A stretch of 64,000 bases of DNA from a bacterium (lineage in GTDB: Bacteria > UBA10199 > 2-02-FULL-44-16 > JAAZCA01): assembly GCA_963674695.2 (NCBI GenBank), contig CAXXGI010000002.1, positions 480,001-544,000 on the forward strand. The letters are read 5' to 3'. Each line of letters opens with the position of its first letter. Position 1 is the first letter of the stretch. Below the pieces are notes generated by a model. That model did no database searches. It saw only the letters and a program-made list of their open reading frames with translations, and was not told where the DNA came from. A program made the position numbers and the translations under genes. Shown here piece after piece: positions 9,311 to 19,380 of this stretch.

Positions 9311-10717
9311 TTACAGCCATCGTCCCGTCTGAGACTCCGGCCCGCCCTTCGGTTTATCCTCGCCGTCGATATCCTTGATCTCCTCCTGCATCGGCGCGGG
9401 GAGTTCCTCGATTGAGGGGACCGGCTGCGGCGATGGCGGTGGCACGCTCATGACCGGCGGTGCCGCCATCGGTGCAGCAGCTGCAGGTGGTGGCAGCGGC
9501 ATGGGCATCGGCGCGGGCGCTACGGGCGGTGGCATCGGCGCGATGGGGGCAGCTCTGGGGACCGCGGTGGAGCCGGGCAGATCCTCGAGGCGATATTTTC
9601 CCTCGGGAACCGGGGTCGGCTCATGCCAATCCTCGGGGAGATCGGACTGGGCACCGCTGTAGCCGGGGCGTTCCATCGGCGGCGGCGGTGGGGCGCTCAT
9701 GGGGGCGTTCGGTGCGGCGCCGGTTTCTCCGCGTGCCTCTGGAGGGGCCTTGCTCCAATCTACGGGGAGCGAACGGGTGTTGCCATCGACCGCGCCTGCG
9801 CCGGTCATCGCCGGAACATCGGGCATCGGTGGTGGTGGTGCAGCCACGGGTGCCGGCATCGGTTCGGCATACGGTTCGGGCATCGGTGCAGGCGGCGGTG
9901 CCATCGGGAGCGGAGCGGGAGTCCCGCTCTGTGCCTCGGCAGGAGCCTTGCTCCAATCGACGGGGAGTGAGCGCGTATTGCCTGTGGTCGAACCCAGGTT
10001 GGGGCCCGCATCCATCATCGGTGCCGGCGGCGGTGCGGTCAGGGGCGCGGATATGCCGCCGGAGCCGGGCAGATCTTCGAGGCGATATTTGCCCTCGGGC
10101 ACGGGGGTCGGCTCATGCCAGTCCTCGGGGAGATCGGATGCTGCACCGCTGTAGACCGGCCTTTCCATCGGTGGCGGTGGCGGGGCTGACGGCATCGGCG
10201 CGACCGGCGCCGGGCTCATTGCCGACGGCGAACTCGCCGTCGTTCGCGGCATTGGCGAGGTGGCGCCGCGGTTGCGCGCTTCCGCTGGGGCGTTGGACCA
10301 ATCGACCGGCTGCGTGCGCGTGTCGCCGCCGAAGGAGGGCGTGCCGACATCGGCCGCACTCGGCACGGACGGCGGCGCGACGGGCGCTGGTGGCGGTGCG
10401 GCAACCGGTGCGGGCGGCGGCAGGGCGGGTTCGATATACGGCGGTGGAATCTGTTCCGGTGCAGCTGGCGCTACCGGCGGCGTCGGCATCGGTGCGGGCA
10501 TCGGTGTGGTCGGTGCTGCCTGCGGCGTGCGCGGAACCATGCCGTCGGCGGGCAGGTCTTCGAGGCGATACTTTCCCTCGGGGACGACGACCGGTTCCTC
10601 CCATCCCTCCGGGAGATCGGATGCCGGCGCCGATGACTGGGCGCTGGCCCAAACGGGCATGAAGAAAAAGGTGGCGATGAGTGTACCCAGCGCCACGAAG
10701 CTGCGGAATGATGCCAT
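9311..10717 (-). CDS. Secreted Pro/Ala/Met-rich protein with two alternating repeated motifs
   Basis: Signal peptide (ASA/Q); 3x SDLPExWxEPxxVPEGKYRLEDLP and 3x G[DN]TRxxPVDWSxAPxEA. Confidence 0.75.
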   Translation of the reverse strand: MASFRSFVALGTLIATFFFMPVWASAQSSAPASDLPEGWEEPVVVPEGKYRLEDLPADGMVPRTPQAAPTTPMPAPMPTPPVAPAAPEQIPPPYIEPALPPPAPVAAPPPAPVAPPSVPSAADVGTPSFGGDTRTQPVDWSNAPAEARNRGATSPMPRTTASSPSAMSPAPVAPMPSAPPPPPMERPVYSGAASDLPEDWHEPTPVPEGKYRLEDLPGSGGISAPLTAPPPAPMMDAGPNLGSTTGNTRSLPVDWSKAPAEAQSGTPAPLPMAPPPAPMPEPYAEPMPAPVAAPPPPMPDVPAMTGAGAVDGNTRSLPVDWSKAPPEARGETGAAPNAPMSAPPPPPMERPGYSGAQSDLPEDWHEPTPVPEGKYRLEDLPGSTAVPRAAPIAPMPPPVAPAPMPMPLPPPAAAAPMAAPPVMSVPPPSPQPVPSIEELPAPMQEEIKDIDGEDKPKGGPESQTGRWL

Positions 10718-10831
10718 GACTCCCCCCTTACACGAAGCCATGCCAGTGTAGCACTTTTATGAGAAAAAACAACAGGGTGGGAGGTTGTTCCGGGTGGGGA
10801 ACGGGCGCCGAGCTCCGGTGTGGATCTCCTG

Positions 10832-12526
10832 CTACGCCTTTTCCTCCCACGGCCACTTCCCGGTGTCGCGATAGATGACGATGGCCTTCTCGGCGTATTT
10901 CTTTCCCGCCTCCGTGCCGAGGATCTTGTCGCTCATGGCTTCGTTTGCGATTCGAAGGGCGTACGGATGGACCTCCGCATGAGGAAAATTTTCGACCGTC
11001 AGCCGTGCCGCCCGGTAGGCGTCGATGAGCTCGCCGGCGAAGTACGCTCCCGCCTCCATGCCGCGGGTTCCCGCCCCCGCCGTGATGGTTGCGATCATGG
11101 GGGCGTTGCCCTTTATGTTCGCATCGGCATGATTTTCGGCAAGCTTGCGCGCTGCCTGATACGCCGCGATGACGTCCTCGGCGAATCGCTCCCCCGCTTC
11201 TTCGCCGCGAATGCCGATATGTGCCGCGGCATTCGCGATCGTGGGGGCGTTGTCCCTCACGTTTTCATCGTCGTGTCCTTTCGCGATGGATCGCACCTTC
11301 TGGTAAGCGGCGATTACATCCTCGGCAAACATTTTTCCCGCATTTTCACCGCGGATGTCGGCTTTCGCTGCGGCGTTCGCGATCGTGGGGGCGTTGTCCC
11401 TCACGTTTTCGTCGTCATGCCTTTCTGCGGTGGACAGCGCCGCCCGATAGGCGAGTACAGCATTGCGGACAAACTCGTGCCCCTCTTCCTTTCCACGCAT
11501 CCCGCTGTTGGCGATGGCCTTCGTGAAGGCGGGAATCTTCTTCACCAGGGTTTTGTTGCGGGTTTGCTTCACGATGGCAATCGCTTCCTGACAGGCGGCG
11601 ATGATCTCTTCGGCGGCCTGGGCCCCCGCCTTGGCGCCGCGGACCTCCTGGCGGGCAACGGCGGTCGCGATCGTGGAAGCCTTGTTCCGCATCCTTTTGT
11701 CGGTCTGTTTGATTACGGTTTCGAACGCGGCGCACCGTGCCGATTCAATCGCATGCGCCGCGTTGAGCGCATCCGATTGATGGATGCTCGCATGACGGAC
11801 CGTCCCGGGAAACGGCAGGAGCATCCGGAACGTCTCCTCCGCGTGTCGGTGCAGGCCAAAGCCCAAGGCGCTCTTGCTGTACCCGAGCGATCGAATCGTC
11901 TTCGCCTTCTTCGCGATGTGCACTCCCAGCTGCCGGATTCCCTTCTCGCCGAGCGCTTCGGCCAGCGCCTGATCGAAACCGTAGTTTCGCACCCATTTTC
12001 CTGCGCAGGCTTTGGTCACCTGGTCCCAGATCGAGTGCGGGACCGATTCCGGACGCAGGGTTCCCCAGCCACCGGTTATCATCCGGACGACCTGTTTCTG
12101 CTGCGGGAGCAGCTGCCCCCGTATGCTCGGTGCGCCGTTGTCGAGATAGGCCATGAGGCCATCGATCATCTGCTCGACGGTCGCGTCTGCCGGGCTGTTT
12201 CGGAGCGCGTGTGCGAGCCGGTGCAGCGGCTCCTCGAAAGTTGCGTCCGTTGCCTGCTCGGACTGCGCCAGCGCATTTTGCCAGGACTGCGCGACCGGTG
12301 CGGGAGGCGTGGGGAGCTTCCCGTAGAATCGCGCCATCCCCTCGGCGATGAAGCGGTCCCCTTCTTCCGCATAGGCCCCGGCGATCGCCTCGGCGGCATC
12401 CGCTCCTTCGAGGAAGGCGGCGGCCTCGCTCGGGTCGGGCGGAATATCCGCCGACCATTCCATCGCGGGAGCGATCGCCGCGCAGGCGGCGGTCGAAAGG
12501 GCAGGGGTAGTCATGATCCAGGTCAT
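10832..12526 (-). CDS. Hypothetical protein with about six tandem 48-aa helical repeats
   Basis: AGGAG before ATG 12526 (ORF opens at 12547); repeat AAY....HDDENVRDNAPTIANAAA..IRGE.AG..FAEDVI; DNA period 144 nt. Confidence 0.75.
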   Translation of the reverse strand: MTWIMTTPALSTAACAAIAPAMEWSADIPPDPSEAAAFLEGADAAEAIAGAYAEEGDRFIAEGMARFYGKLPTPPAPVAQSWQNALAQSEQATDATFEEPLHRLAHALRNSPADATVEQMIDGLMAYLDNGAPSIRGQLLPQQKQVVRMITGGWGTLRPESVPHSIWDQVTKACAGKWVRNYGFDQALAEALGEKGIRQLGVHIAKKAKTIRSLGYSKSALGFGLHRHAEETFRMLLPFPGTVRHASIHQSDALNAAHAIESARCAAFETVIKQTDKRMRNKASTIATAVARQEVRGAKAGAQAAEEIIAACQEAIAIVKQTRNKTLVKKIPAFTKAIANSGMRGKEEGHEFVRNAVLAYRAALSTAERHDDENVRDNAPTIANAAAKADIRGENAGKMFAEDVIAAYQKVRSIAKGHDDENVRDNAPTIANAAAHIGIRGEEAGERFAEDVIAAYQAARKLAENHADANIKGNAPMIATITAGAGTRGMEAGAYFAGELIDAYRAARLTVENFPHAEVHPYALRIANEAMSDKILGTEAGKKYAEKAIVIYRDTGKWPWEEKA

Positions 12527-12723
12527 CGACGGTACTCCTCTCTCCATGGACGCGTATCGACGACATCATCGTCCCGTGGGGGAAAAAGTTGCTCTTTTTT
12601 TAAGGAGATCGGTCGGTTGTGACGTTTCTTTTTGAGGCCGTCGAGGGGGTCGGCTGCCGGTTTTTCTCCGGGGTCGGCCCCTTCCGGTTTGTCTTTTTCC
12701 CTGTTTTGGTCGATGAGGGTCCC

Positions 12724-14439
12724 ATGGACCGACACGAGATCGCACAGGTGCTCCACGAGATGGGGCTCATGCTGGAACTGACGGGCGCGAACGCCTTCAA
12801 GGTGCGCGCGTATACGAACGCGGCGCGCGCTCTGGAGGAGCTTGCCGACGATATCGGCGCGCTGATCGCATCGGGGGAGCTCACCGCGATCCGCGGCATC
12901 GGCAAGAATCTCGCCGAACACATCGCCGAACTCCATCGCACGGGGGGGCTTGCTGAATACGATGAACTCCGGGGCCAGATTCCCGACGGCGTCATCGAGA
13001 TGCTGCGCATCCAGGGGCTCGGCCCCAAGAAGGCGCGCGCCATCTGGAAGGAGCTGCACGTCACCTCGGTGGGCGAGCTCGAGATGGCGTGCCGTCGCCA
13101 CATGGTCCAAGCGCTTCCGGGGTTCGGTGCCAAGAGCGAGGCGAAGATCCTTTCGGGCATCGAGGTCCTCAAGAAATTCGCGGATAAACACCTCTTCGCC
13201 GAAGGGGTGGCGTGGGCGGAACTCATACACGATCAGGTCAAAAGCTGGCCCGAGGTGATGCGCTCCGAGATCGCTGGTTCCATTCGGCGACGGCGCGAGG
13301 TCATCAAGGATATCGATATCCTCGTCGCGACCGATGCGCCGGAGGAGGTGATGGAGCGATTCATCGCCCTTGCATCGATTGAACGCGTGATCGCGCATGG
13401 CGCGACGAAGTCGTCGGTGATGCTCGAGGGCGGAATCAACTGCGACCTGCGTGCGGTGACGGATGCCGAATATCCCTTCGCGCTCCATTATTTCACGGGG
13501 TCGAAGGAGCACAACGTCGCGATGCGCGCGCGGGCGAAGAAGTACGATTGCAAGCTCAATGAGTATGGCCTCTTCAATGGGGCATCGCAGTCGTCGCTCG
13601 CGTGTGCGGACGAGGCGGAGATCTTCGCGGCGCTCGAACTCGAATACATCCCGCCGGAGCTGCGCGAGGATCGCGGCGAGATCGAGGCGGCAAGCGAGGG
13701 GGCGCTCCCGACGCTCGTCGAACAGGCCGATCTCAAGGGAATTCTGCACGTGCACACGACCTTCACCGATGGCACCGCGACGGTGGCCGAGATGGCCGAG
13801 GCCGCGCGCGAGCGCGGATACGCCTACATCGCCATCTGCGATCACAGCCAGGCGGTGACGATTGCCGGCGGGATGAAGCCCGCCGATGTGCGCCGCCAGC
13901 ACAAGGAGATCGACGCGCTCAATCGGAAATGGAAAGGGTTTCGCGTCCTCAAGGGGATCGAGGTCGACATCCTCGCCGATGGAACGCTCGACTTCGACGA
14001 TGAGCTGCTCGCCACGTTCGACATCGTCATCGCCGCGGTGCATTCGCGCTTCGGCATGTCCGAGTCGGAGATGACCGAGCGGATCGTTCGTGGCATTTCA
14101 AATCCGCACGTCGATATCCTCGCGCATCCGACCGGGAGATTGCTGCTCGCGCGCGAGGGGTATGCTCTGGATCTCAAACGCGTGCTCGAGGCGATCGGCA
14201 GGAGTGGCAAGGCCGTCGAGATCAATGCGCATCCGCGTCGCCTCGATCTGGATTGGCGCTGGCACCGCGTCGCCATCGAGTGCGGCGCGAAGCTCGTCAT
14301 CTGTCCGGATGCCCACGCCCCCGACGGCCTCGACGATGTCAGCTTTGGCATAAATGTCGCCCGCAAGGGGTGGCTGAAAAAGGCCGACCTCCTCAATAGC
14401 CTCTCTGTCGAGGAGCTGCTGCGGTGGAAAAGGCGCTGA
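12724..14439 (+). CDS. polX: DNA polymerase/3'-5' exonuclease PolX (PolX + PHP domain)
   Basis: GSIRR, DIDIL, HYFTGSKEHN motifs; PHP motifs HVHT, DHS, AHPTGR, EIN, DAH. Confidence 0.93.
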   Translation: MDRHEIAQVLHEMGLMLELTGANAFKVRAYTNAARALEELADDIGALIASGELTAIRGIGKNLAEHIAELHRTGGLAEYDELRGQIPDGVIEMLRIQGLGPKKARAIWKELHVTSVGELEMACRRHMVQALPGFGAKSEAKILSGIEVLKKFADKHLFAEGVAWAELIHDQVKSWPEVMRSEIAGSIRRRREVIKDIDILVATDAPEEVMERFIALASIERVIAHGATKSSVMLEGGINCDLRAVTDAEYPFALHYFTGSKEHNVAMRARAKKYDCKLNEYGLFNGASQSSLACADEAEIFAALELEYIPPELREDRGEIEAASEGALPTLVEQADLKGILHVHTTFTDGTATVAEMAEAARERGYAYIAICDHSQAVTIAGGMKPADVRRQHKEIDALNRKWKGFRVLKGIEVDILADGTLDFDDELLATFDIVIAAVHSRFGMSESEMTERIVRGISNPHVDILAHPTGRLLLAREGYALDLKRVLEAIGRSGKAVEINAHPRRLDLDWRWHRVAIECGAKLVICPDAHAPDGLDDVSFGINVARKGWLKKADLLNSLSVEELLRWKRR

Positions 14440-14501
14440 TCCCACCTTTACTTCCGATTTATATTTCAGTAAAACGCGGCCCTCATCCCAGGAGGTCCGC
14501 C

Positions 14502-16595
14502 GTGTTGGAAAATCTCTTCACTCCGAAGGCCGTCGCCGTCGTTGGCGCATCGAGCAAGCCGGGCAAGGTTGGCAATGCCTTGCTCAAGAACCTGATCGAG
14601 CATGGGTTCAAAGGGCCGATCTATCCGATCAATCCCAAGGCCGATCAGATCGAGGGCTTGAAGTGTCTGCCCGATATCCCGTCGCTGCCCGACGGGGTCG
14701 ATCTGGCCGTCATCATCATTCCCGCCAAGGGCGTTCCCGCTGCGATCGAACAGTGTGGGGCCAAGGGGATTGGCGCGGCCATCGTCATCTCGGCTGGCTT
14801 CAAAGAGGTGGGCGAGGCGGGTAAGGATCTGGAGAAGCGCCTCTTCAACGCCGCGATGACCAGCGGCGTGCGCATCCTGGGGCCGAACTGCCTGGGGCTG
14901 ATCAACGCCAACTACGGTATGGATGCCTCCTTTGCCGCGGCCTTTCCGGAGCCGGGCGATATCGCGGTACTGTCGCAGTCGGGGGCGCTCTGCACGGCGA
15001 TCCTCGATTGGGCGACGCGCAATCATATCGGGTTTTCAAAACTCATCAGCATCGGGAATAAGACCGACATCGATGAAGAGGTGATCATCGAGGCGCTCGG
15101 GGAAGACCCCGAGACGAAGGTGATCCTGGGATATCTCGAGGACATCCACAACGGTCCGCACTTCATGCGCACCGCTGAACGCGTGACGAAGAGCAAGCCG
15201 ATCATCCTGATCAAAGCGGGCAACACCGTTGCAGGCGCGGCGGCGGCCAGTTCTCACACGGGGAGTATGGCGGGCGCGCGCATGGCCTATGAGTGTGCCT
15301 TTCGCACCAGCGGCATCCTGCAGGCCGCCTCCCTCGAGGCGCTCTTCGACTATGCACAGGCATTTTCCTATCAGCCGTTGCCGAAGGGCAATCGCGTGGC
15401 GGTGGTGACCAACGCTGGCGGTCCCGGGATCATGGCGGCTGATGCCATCGAGAATGCGGGGCTCACGTTCGCCAAGCCTTCCGAGGAGACGCAGGAGAAG
15501 CTGCGCTCCTTCCTGCCGGCGGCGGCGAACGTCCACAATCCGGTCGACATCCTGGGGGATGCCGCGGCGCCCGTGTATGGCAAGGCGGTCGAGACGGTGC
15601 TGGCCGACGAGGGTGTGGATTCACTCGTCGTGCTGCTCACCCCGCAGGCGATGATCGATGCGTCCGAAGCCGCGCGTGAGATCGCCGAGATGGCGAAGCG
15701 TTTCGAGAAGCCGGTGATGACCGCCTTCATCGGTGCCGAACGCGTGGCCGAGGGGATCGAGTTTTTACAGCGCAGCCGCATTCCCCATTATCCCACGCCG
15801 GAGCGCGCGGTGGATTCGCTTCGCATGATGGTCGATTATACCAAGTGGCTCGAGCGCCCGCGTCGCGTGATCGAGCGCTTTTCGGTCAACACCACGAAGG
15901 TCGATCGCGTCATTAATCTCAACCGCAAGCGCGGGCTCGTCAATATCAGCGAGCAGGACTCGAAGTCGATTCTCACGGCCTATGGCTTTACCGTTCCGCG
16001 CTCGGGCATGGCGCGCAGCGCCGATGAAGCCACGGGTGTGGCCTCCCACCTCGGTTATCCGGTTGTGATGAAGATCGTCTCTCCCGACATCGTTCACAAG
16101 TCGGACGTCGGTGGTGTGAAGGTGGGACTGCGCGGGCCGGGGGAAGTGCACGATGCCTATGAGCTGATGTTCTCCCGCATTCGGCAGCGCATGCCGCACG
16201 CGCGCATTCATGGTGTGCTGGTGCAGGAGATGATCACCGAGGGGCGCGAGATCATCATCGGCATGACGCGCGATCCGCAGTTCGGACCGATGCTCATGTT
16301 CGGTCTGGGCGGGATCTACGTCGAGGTCTTGCGCGATGTTTCTTTCCAGCTCGCCCCCATCACCGCCGATGAAGCAACACAGATGCTCATGGGGACGAAG
16401 ACCTATAAACTGCTCAAGGGCGTGCGCGGTGAGAAGTCAGTCGATATGCAGTTGGTGGCCGAGTGCATTCAGCGCATCTCCCAGCTCTCGGTCGACTTTC
16501 CGATGATCGAAGAGATGGACATCAACCCGCTCAAGGTCAGTAGTGAATTTGCACGCGCGGTTGCCGTCGATGGCCGTGTACGCATTTCGGAGTGA
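14502..16595 (+). CDS. ADP-forming acetate/acyl-CoA ligase (fused alpha+beta)
   Basis: GGAGG + GTG start; VVGAS, LGPNCLG, SQSGA, SHTGS (phospho-His), NAGGPG, HKSDVGGV, FGLGG ATP-grasp. Confidence 0.9.
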   Translation: MLENLFTPKAVAVVGASSKPGKVGNALLKNLIEHGFKGPIYPINPKADQIEGLKCLPDIPSLPDGVDLAVIIIPAKGVPAAIEQCGAKGIGAAIVISAGFKEVGEAGKDLEKRLFNAAMTSGVRILGPNCLGLINANYGMDASFAAAFPEPGDIAVLSQSGALCTAILDWATRNHIGFSKLISIGNKTDIDEEVIIEALGEDPETKVILGYLEDIHNGPHFMRTAERVTKSKPIILIKAGNTVAGAAAASSHTGSMAGARMAYECAFRTSGILQAASLEALFDYAQAFSYQPLPKGNRVAVVTNAGGPGIMAADAIENAGLTFAKPSEETQEKLRSFLPAAANVHNPVDILGDAAAPVYGKAVETVLADEGVDSLVVLLTPQAMIDASEAAREIAEMAKRFEKPVMTAFIGAERVAEGIEFLQRSRIPHYPTPERAVDSLRMMVDYTKWLERPRRVIERFSVNTTKVDRVINLNRKRGLVNISEQDSKSILTAYGFTVPRSGMARSADEATGVASHLGYPVVMKIVSPDIVHKSDVGGVKVGLRGPGEVHDAYELMFSRIRQRMPHARIHGVLVQEMITEGREIIIGMTRDPQFGPMLMFGLGGIYVEVLRDVSFQLAPITADEATQMLMGTKTYKLLKGVRGEKSVDMQLVAECIQRISQLSVDFPMIEEMDINPLKVSSEFARAVAVDGRVRISE

Positions 16596-16605
16596 GGACA
16601 TCATT

Positions 16606-18474
16606 ATGGAACCGTTCAATTGGAAGCAGGTCTACGATCACAAGATCGTCTCCGCATCGGAGGCGCTTTCGCACATCCGTCCGGGCGACAAGATCTTCAT
16701 CGGCACGGGGTGTGCCGCACCCCAGGTGCTCATCGAGGCGCTCACCGCCGAAGACCAGAATGTCTCGGATACCTCCATCTTTCATCTGCTCACGATGGGG
16801 ATTGCACCGTATGCGCAGACCAAGCTCACCGATCGTTTTCGGTTCAATAGCTTCTTCATCAGCGAGAACGTGCGCGATGCGGTGCAACAGGGAATGGGCG
16901 ATTACACGCCGGTCTTTCTCTCGGATATTCCCTCCCTCTTCGAGTCGGGGCGAACGCCGATCGACGTGGCGCTCATCCAGGTCTCTCCGCCGGATGTCAA
17001 TGGCATGGTGAGCCTTGGTGTTTCGGTCGACATCGTCAAGAGTGCCACTGAGAATGCCGGTATCGTCATCGCCGAGGTCAATCCGAACATGCCGCGCACG
17101 CGCGGCAACTCGCAGATTCCCGCCGACTTCATCGACTACATGGTCCTCTCCAATTGCGAACTCTTGACCTATCACCCGGTCGAGGTCGATGATACCATTC
17201 GCAGCATCGGTCGGCATGTTGCATCGCTCATCGAGGATGGCTCCACCATCGAGGTGGGCATCGGCGCCATTCCGCAGTCGATCCTCGAGTTCTTGGGCGA
17301 GAAGAAACACCTCGGTATTCATACCGAGATGTTCACCGATCAGCTCGTCGACCTCATTCAGGCGGGCGTGGTCGATGGGTCGAAGAAGATCCTCGATCGC
17401 GGAAAGGTGGTCGCGTCATTCCTCATGGGGACGAAGAAACTCTACGACTTCGTGCACGACAACCCGGTGGTCGAGATGCATCCGTCGGAATATGTCAACG
17501 ACCCGTATGTTATCGGTCAGCAGCCGAAGATGGTTGCCATCAACGTGGCGCTCGAGGTCGATCTCACGGGGCAGGTCTGCTCCGACTCATTGGGCTATCG
17601 CTTCTACAGTGGCATCGGCGGACAGCTCGATTTCATCCGGGGGGCGTCGCGTTCTGTCGGCGGAAAGCCGATCATCGCCATGCGCTCGACTGCACTCGAC
17701 GATAGTGTTTCGCGCATCGTGCCCTGTTTGAGCGAGGGGGCGGGCGTGGTGACGACCCGCGGCGATGTGCACTATGTGATCACCGAATACGGTATCGCCG
17801 ATCTGCACGGTAAAAATATCCGTGAGCGCACGATGGCGCTCATCAACATCGCACACCCGCGCTTTCGCGCAGAGCTTCTGCGCGAGGCCAAGAAGCGCAA
17901 TTTTATCTATGAAGATCAGATCGATCTGGCCGAAAAGGTCGCGTACCCGGAGGAGCTCGAGCGGTGTCAGGTGATCGCTGACGGCACCGAGGTGCTCTTT
18001 CGTCCGGTCAAGCCCACCGACGAGGAGCCGATGCGCGAGCTCTTCTATTCCCTCTCCGAACAGAGCGTCTATCTGCGATTTTTCCAGCCGGTCAAGAGCA
18101 TGCCGCATGTTCGCATCATGCCGCTGGTCTCCATCGACTACGACAAGGATATGGCGGTCGTGGCCACCGTCGAGGATATGGCGGGGGAGAAGATCCTCTC
18201 CGTCGGGCGGTATCAGCGTGCCTCAAAAGAGGACAAACTCGCCGAGGTCTCCTTCATCGTGCGCGACGACTGGCAGAACCGCGGCATGGGCCGTGCGCTT
18301 TTGGGGACGCTCATCGAAATCGCCAAAGGCAGGGGTGTCGAGGGATTTGTGGCGACCGTGCTCGGCAGCAACAAACAGATGCTCTCCGTCTTCCACCACT
18401 GTGGCTACAAACTGCACATGACCTTCGAAGAGGGGACCTACGAGCTGATGTTCCGGTTCGACGAACCGGGGTAG
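16606..18474 (+). CDS. Acetyl-CoA hydrolase/CoA-transferase fused to a C-terminal GNAT acetyltransferase
   Basis: GIGAIP, HTEM (catalytic Glu), SGIGGQLDF motifs; GNAT part LRFF...DYDKDMA...VRDDWQNRGMG. Confidence 0.9.
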   Translation: MEPFNWKQVYDHKIVSASEALSHIRPGDKIFIGTGCAAPQVLIEALTAEDQNVSDTSIFHLLTMGIAPYAQTKLTDRFRFNSFFISENVRDAVQQGMGDYTPVFLSDIPSLFESGRTPIDVALIQVSPPDVNGMVSLGVSVDIVKSATENAGIVIAEVNPNMPRTRGNSQIPADFIDYMVLSNCELLTYHPVEVDDTIRSIGRHVASLIEDGSTIEVGIGAIPQSILEFLGEKKHLGIHTEMFTDQLVDLIQAGVVDGSKKILDRGKVVASFLMGTKKLYDFVHDNPVVEMHPSEYVNDPYVIGQQPKMVAINVALEVDLTGQVCSDSLGYRFYSGIGGQLDFIRGASRSVGGKPIIAMRSTALDDSVSRIVPCLSEGAGVVTTRGDVHYVITEYGIADLHGKNIRERTMALINIAHPRFRAELLREAKKRNFIYEDQIDLAEKVAYPEELERCQVIADGTEVLFRPVKPTDEEPMRELFYSLSEQSVYLRFFQPVKSMPHVRIMPLVSIDYDKDMAVVATVEDMAGEKILSVGRYQRASKEDKLAEVSFIVRDDWQNRGMGRALLGTLIEIAKGRGVEGFVATVLGSNKQMLSVFHHCGYKLHMTFEEGTYELMFRFDEPG

Positions 18475-18490
18475 AATGGTGTTATTTTCC

Positions 18491-19132
18491 ATGGCGACGC
18501 TTTTGGCGAAACAATCACGGGCGAGCGAGATTTTTAAGCGCCTCAAGAAGCTCTATCCCAAGGCCGATTGTGAGCTGAACTTCACCTCTCCCTTGCAGCT
18601 GCTCGTCGCGACGATCCTCTCGGCGCAGTGCACCGATGCGCGGGTGAACGAGGTGACCCCTGCGCTCTTCAAGCGCTATACGGACGCCAAGGCGTTTGCC
18701 AAGGCCGAGAGCGAAGAGCTCAAGGGGCTCATCCGCTCCACCGGTTTCTTTCAGAACAAGGCGCGCTCCATACAAGATTGCTGCATGCAGATCGTGATGG
18801 AGCACAAGGGCGACGTCCCCGAATCGATGGAGGCGCTCGTCGCGCTTTCCGGCGTCGGGCGCAAGACCGCCAACCTCGTGCGTTCTTTTGCCTTCGGTCA
18901 TCCGGGCATCATCTGCGATACGCATGTCCTGCGCGTGACGAAACGCCTGGGGCTCACCGAAAATACCAAGCCGGAGAAGGTCGAGGCGGATCTCGCCGCG
19001 ATCGTTCCGGAGAAGGACTGGACGCGCTTTTCCACCGCTGTCATGTGGCACGGGCGTCGTTGCTGCAACGCGCGTAAGCCGGATTGTGCTGCGTGTACGG
19101 TTCGAGATCTTTGCCCATCAGCTGTTACGTAA
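18491..19132 (+). CDS. nth: Endonuclease III
   Basis: LVATILSAQCTD, HhH LSGVGRKTAN, DTH, C-x6-C-x2-C-x5-C Fe-S motif. Confidence 0.93.
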   Translation: MATLLAKQSRASEIFKRLKKLYPKADCELNFTSPLQLLVATILSAQCTDARVNEVTPALFKRYTDAKAFAKAESEELKGLIRSTGFFQNKARSIQDCCMQIVMEHKGDVPESMEALVALSGVGRKTANLVRSFAFGHPGIICDTHVLRVTKRLGLTENTKPEKVEADLAAIVPEKDWTRFSTAVMWHGRRCCNARKPDCAACTVRDLCPSAVT

Positions 19133-19143
19133 AGGAGAAGAAA

Positions 19144-19374
19144 ATGGCCATCGGAGAAGACAAGGTCGCGGAGAACGTGGCGGGAAAATTCTACGTCGAT
19201 TCCCAGTGCATCGACTGCGGTCTGTGCAAGGACGTGGCGCCGGAGAACTTCGCGCATCAGGAGGAGGCGGGCTATATGTATGTAAGCCGCCAGCCCGTGA
19301 ACGAAGAGCAGGAGGCGCAATGCGTCGAGGCCAAGGAGAGCTGCCCCGTCGAGGCAATCGGTGATGATGGATGA
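19144..19374 (+). CDS. Small ferredoxin
   Basis: CIDCGLC ... CPVEAI; AAGGAG RBS. Confidence 0.88.
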   Translation: MAIGEDKVAENVAGKFYVDSQCIDCGLCKDVAPENFAHQEEAGYMYVSRQPVNEEQEAQCVEAKESCPVEAIGDDG

Positions 19375-19380
19375 ACTGTT

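Noticed and set aside
10820-14043. Long antisense ORFs (10820-12622 +, 12523-14043 -; also 21351-22853, 28715-30598, 37736-39727)
   Set aside because: Mirror frames of real genes, common at high GC; no recognisable motifs.
12724-14439. PolX as an altered or inactive variant
   Set aside because: Catalytic DxD plus third Asp and PHP metal ligands appear intact; ordinary.
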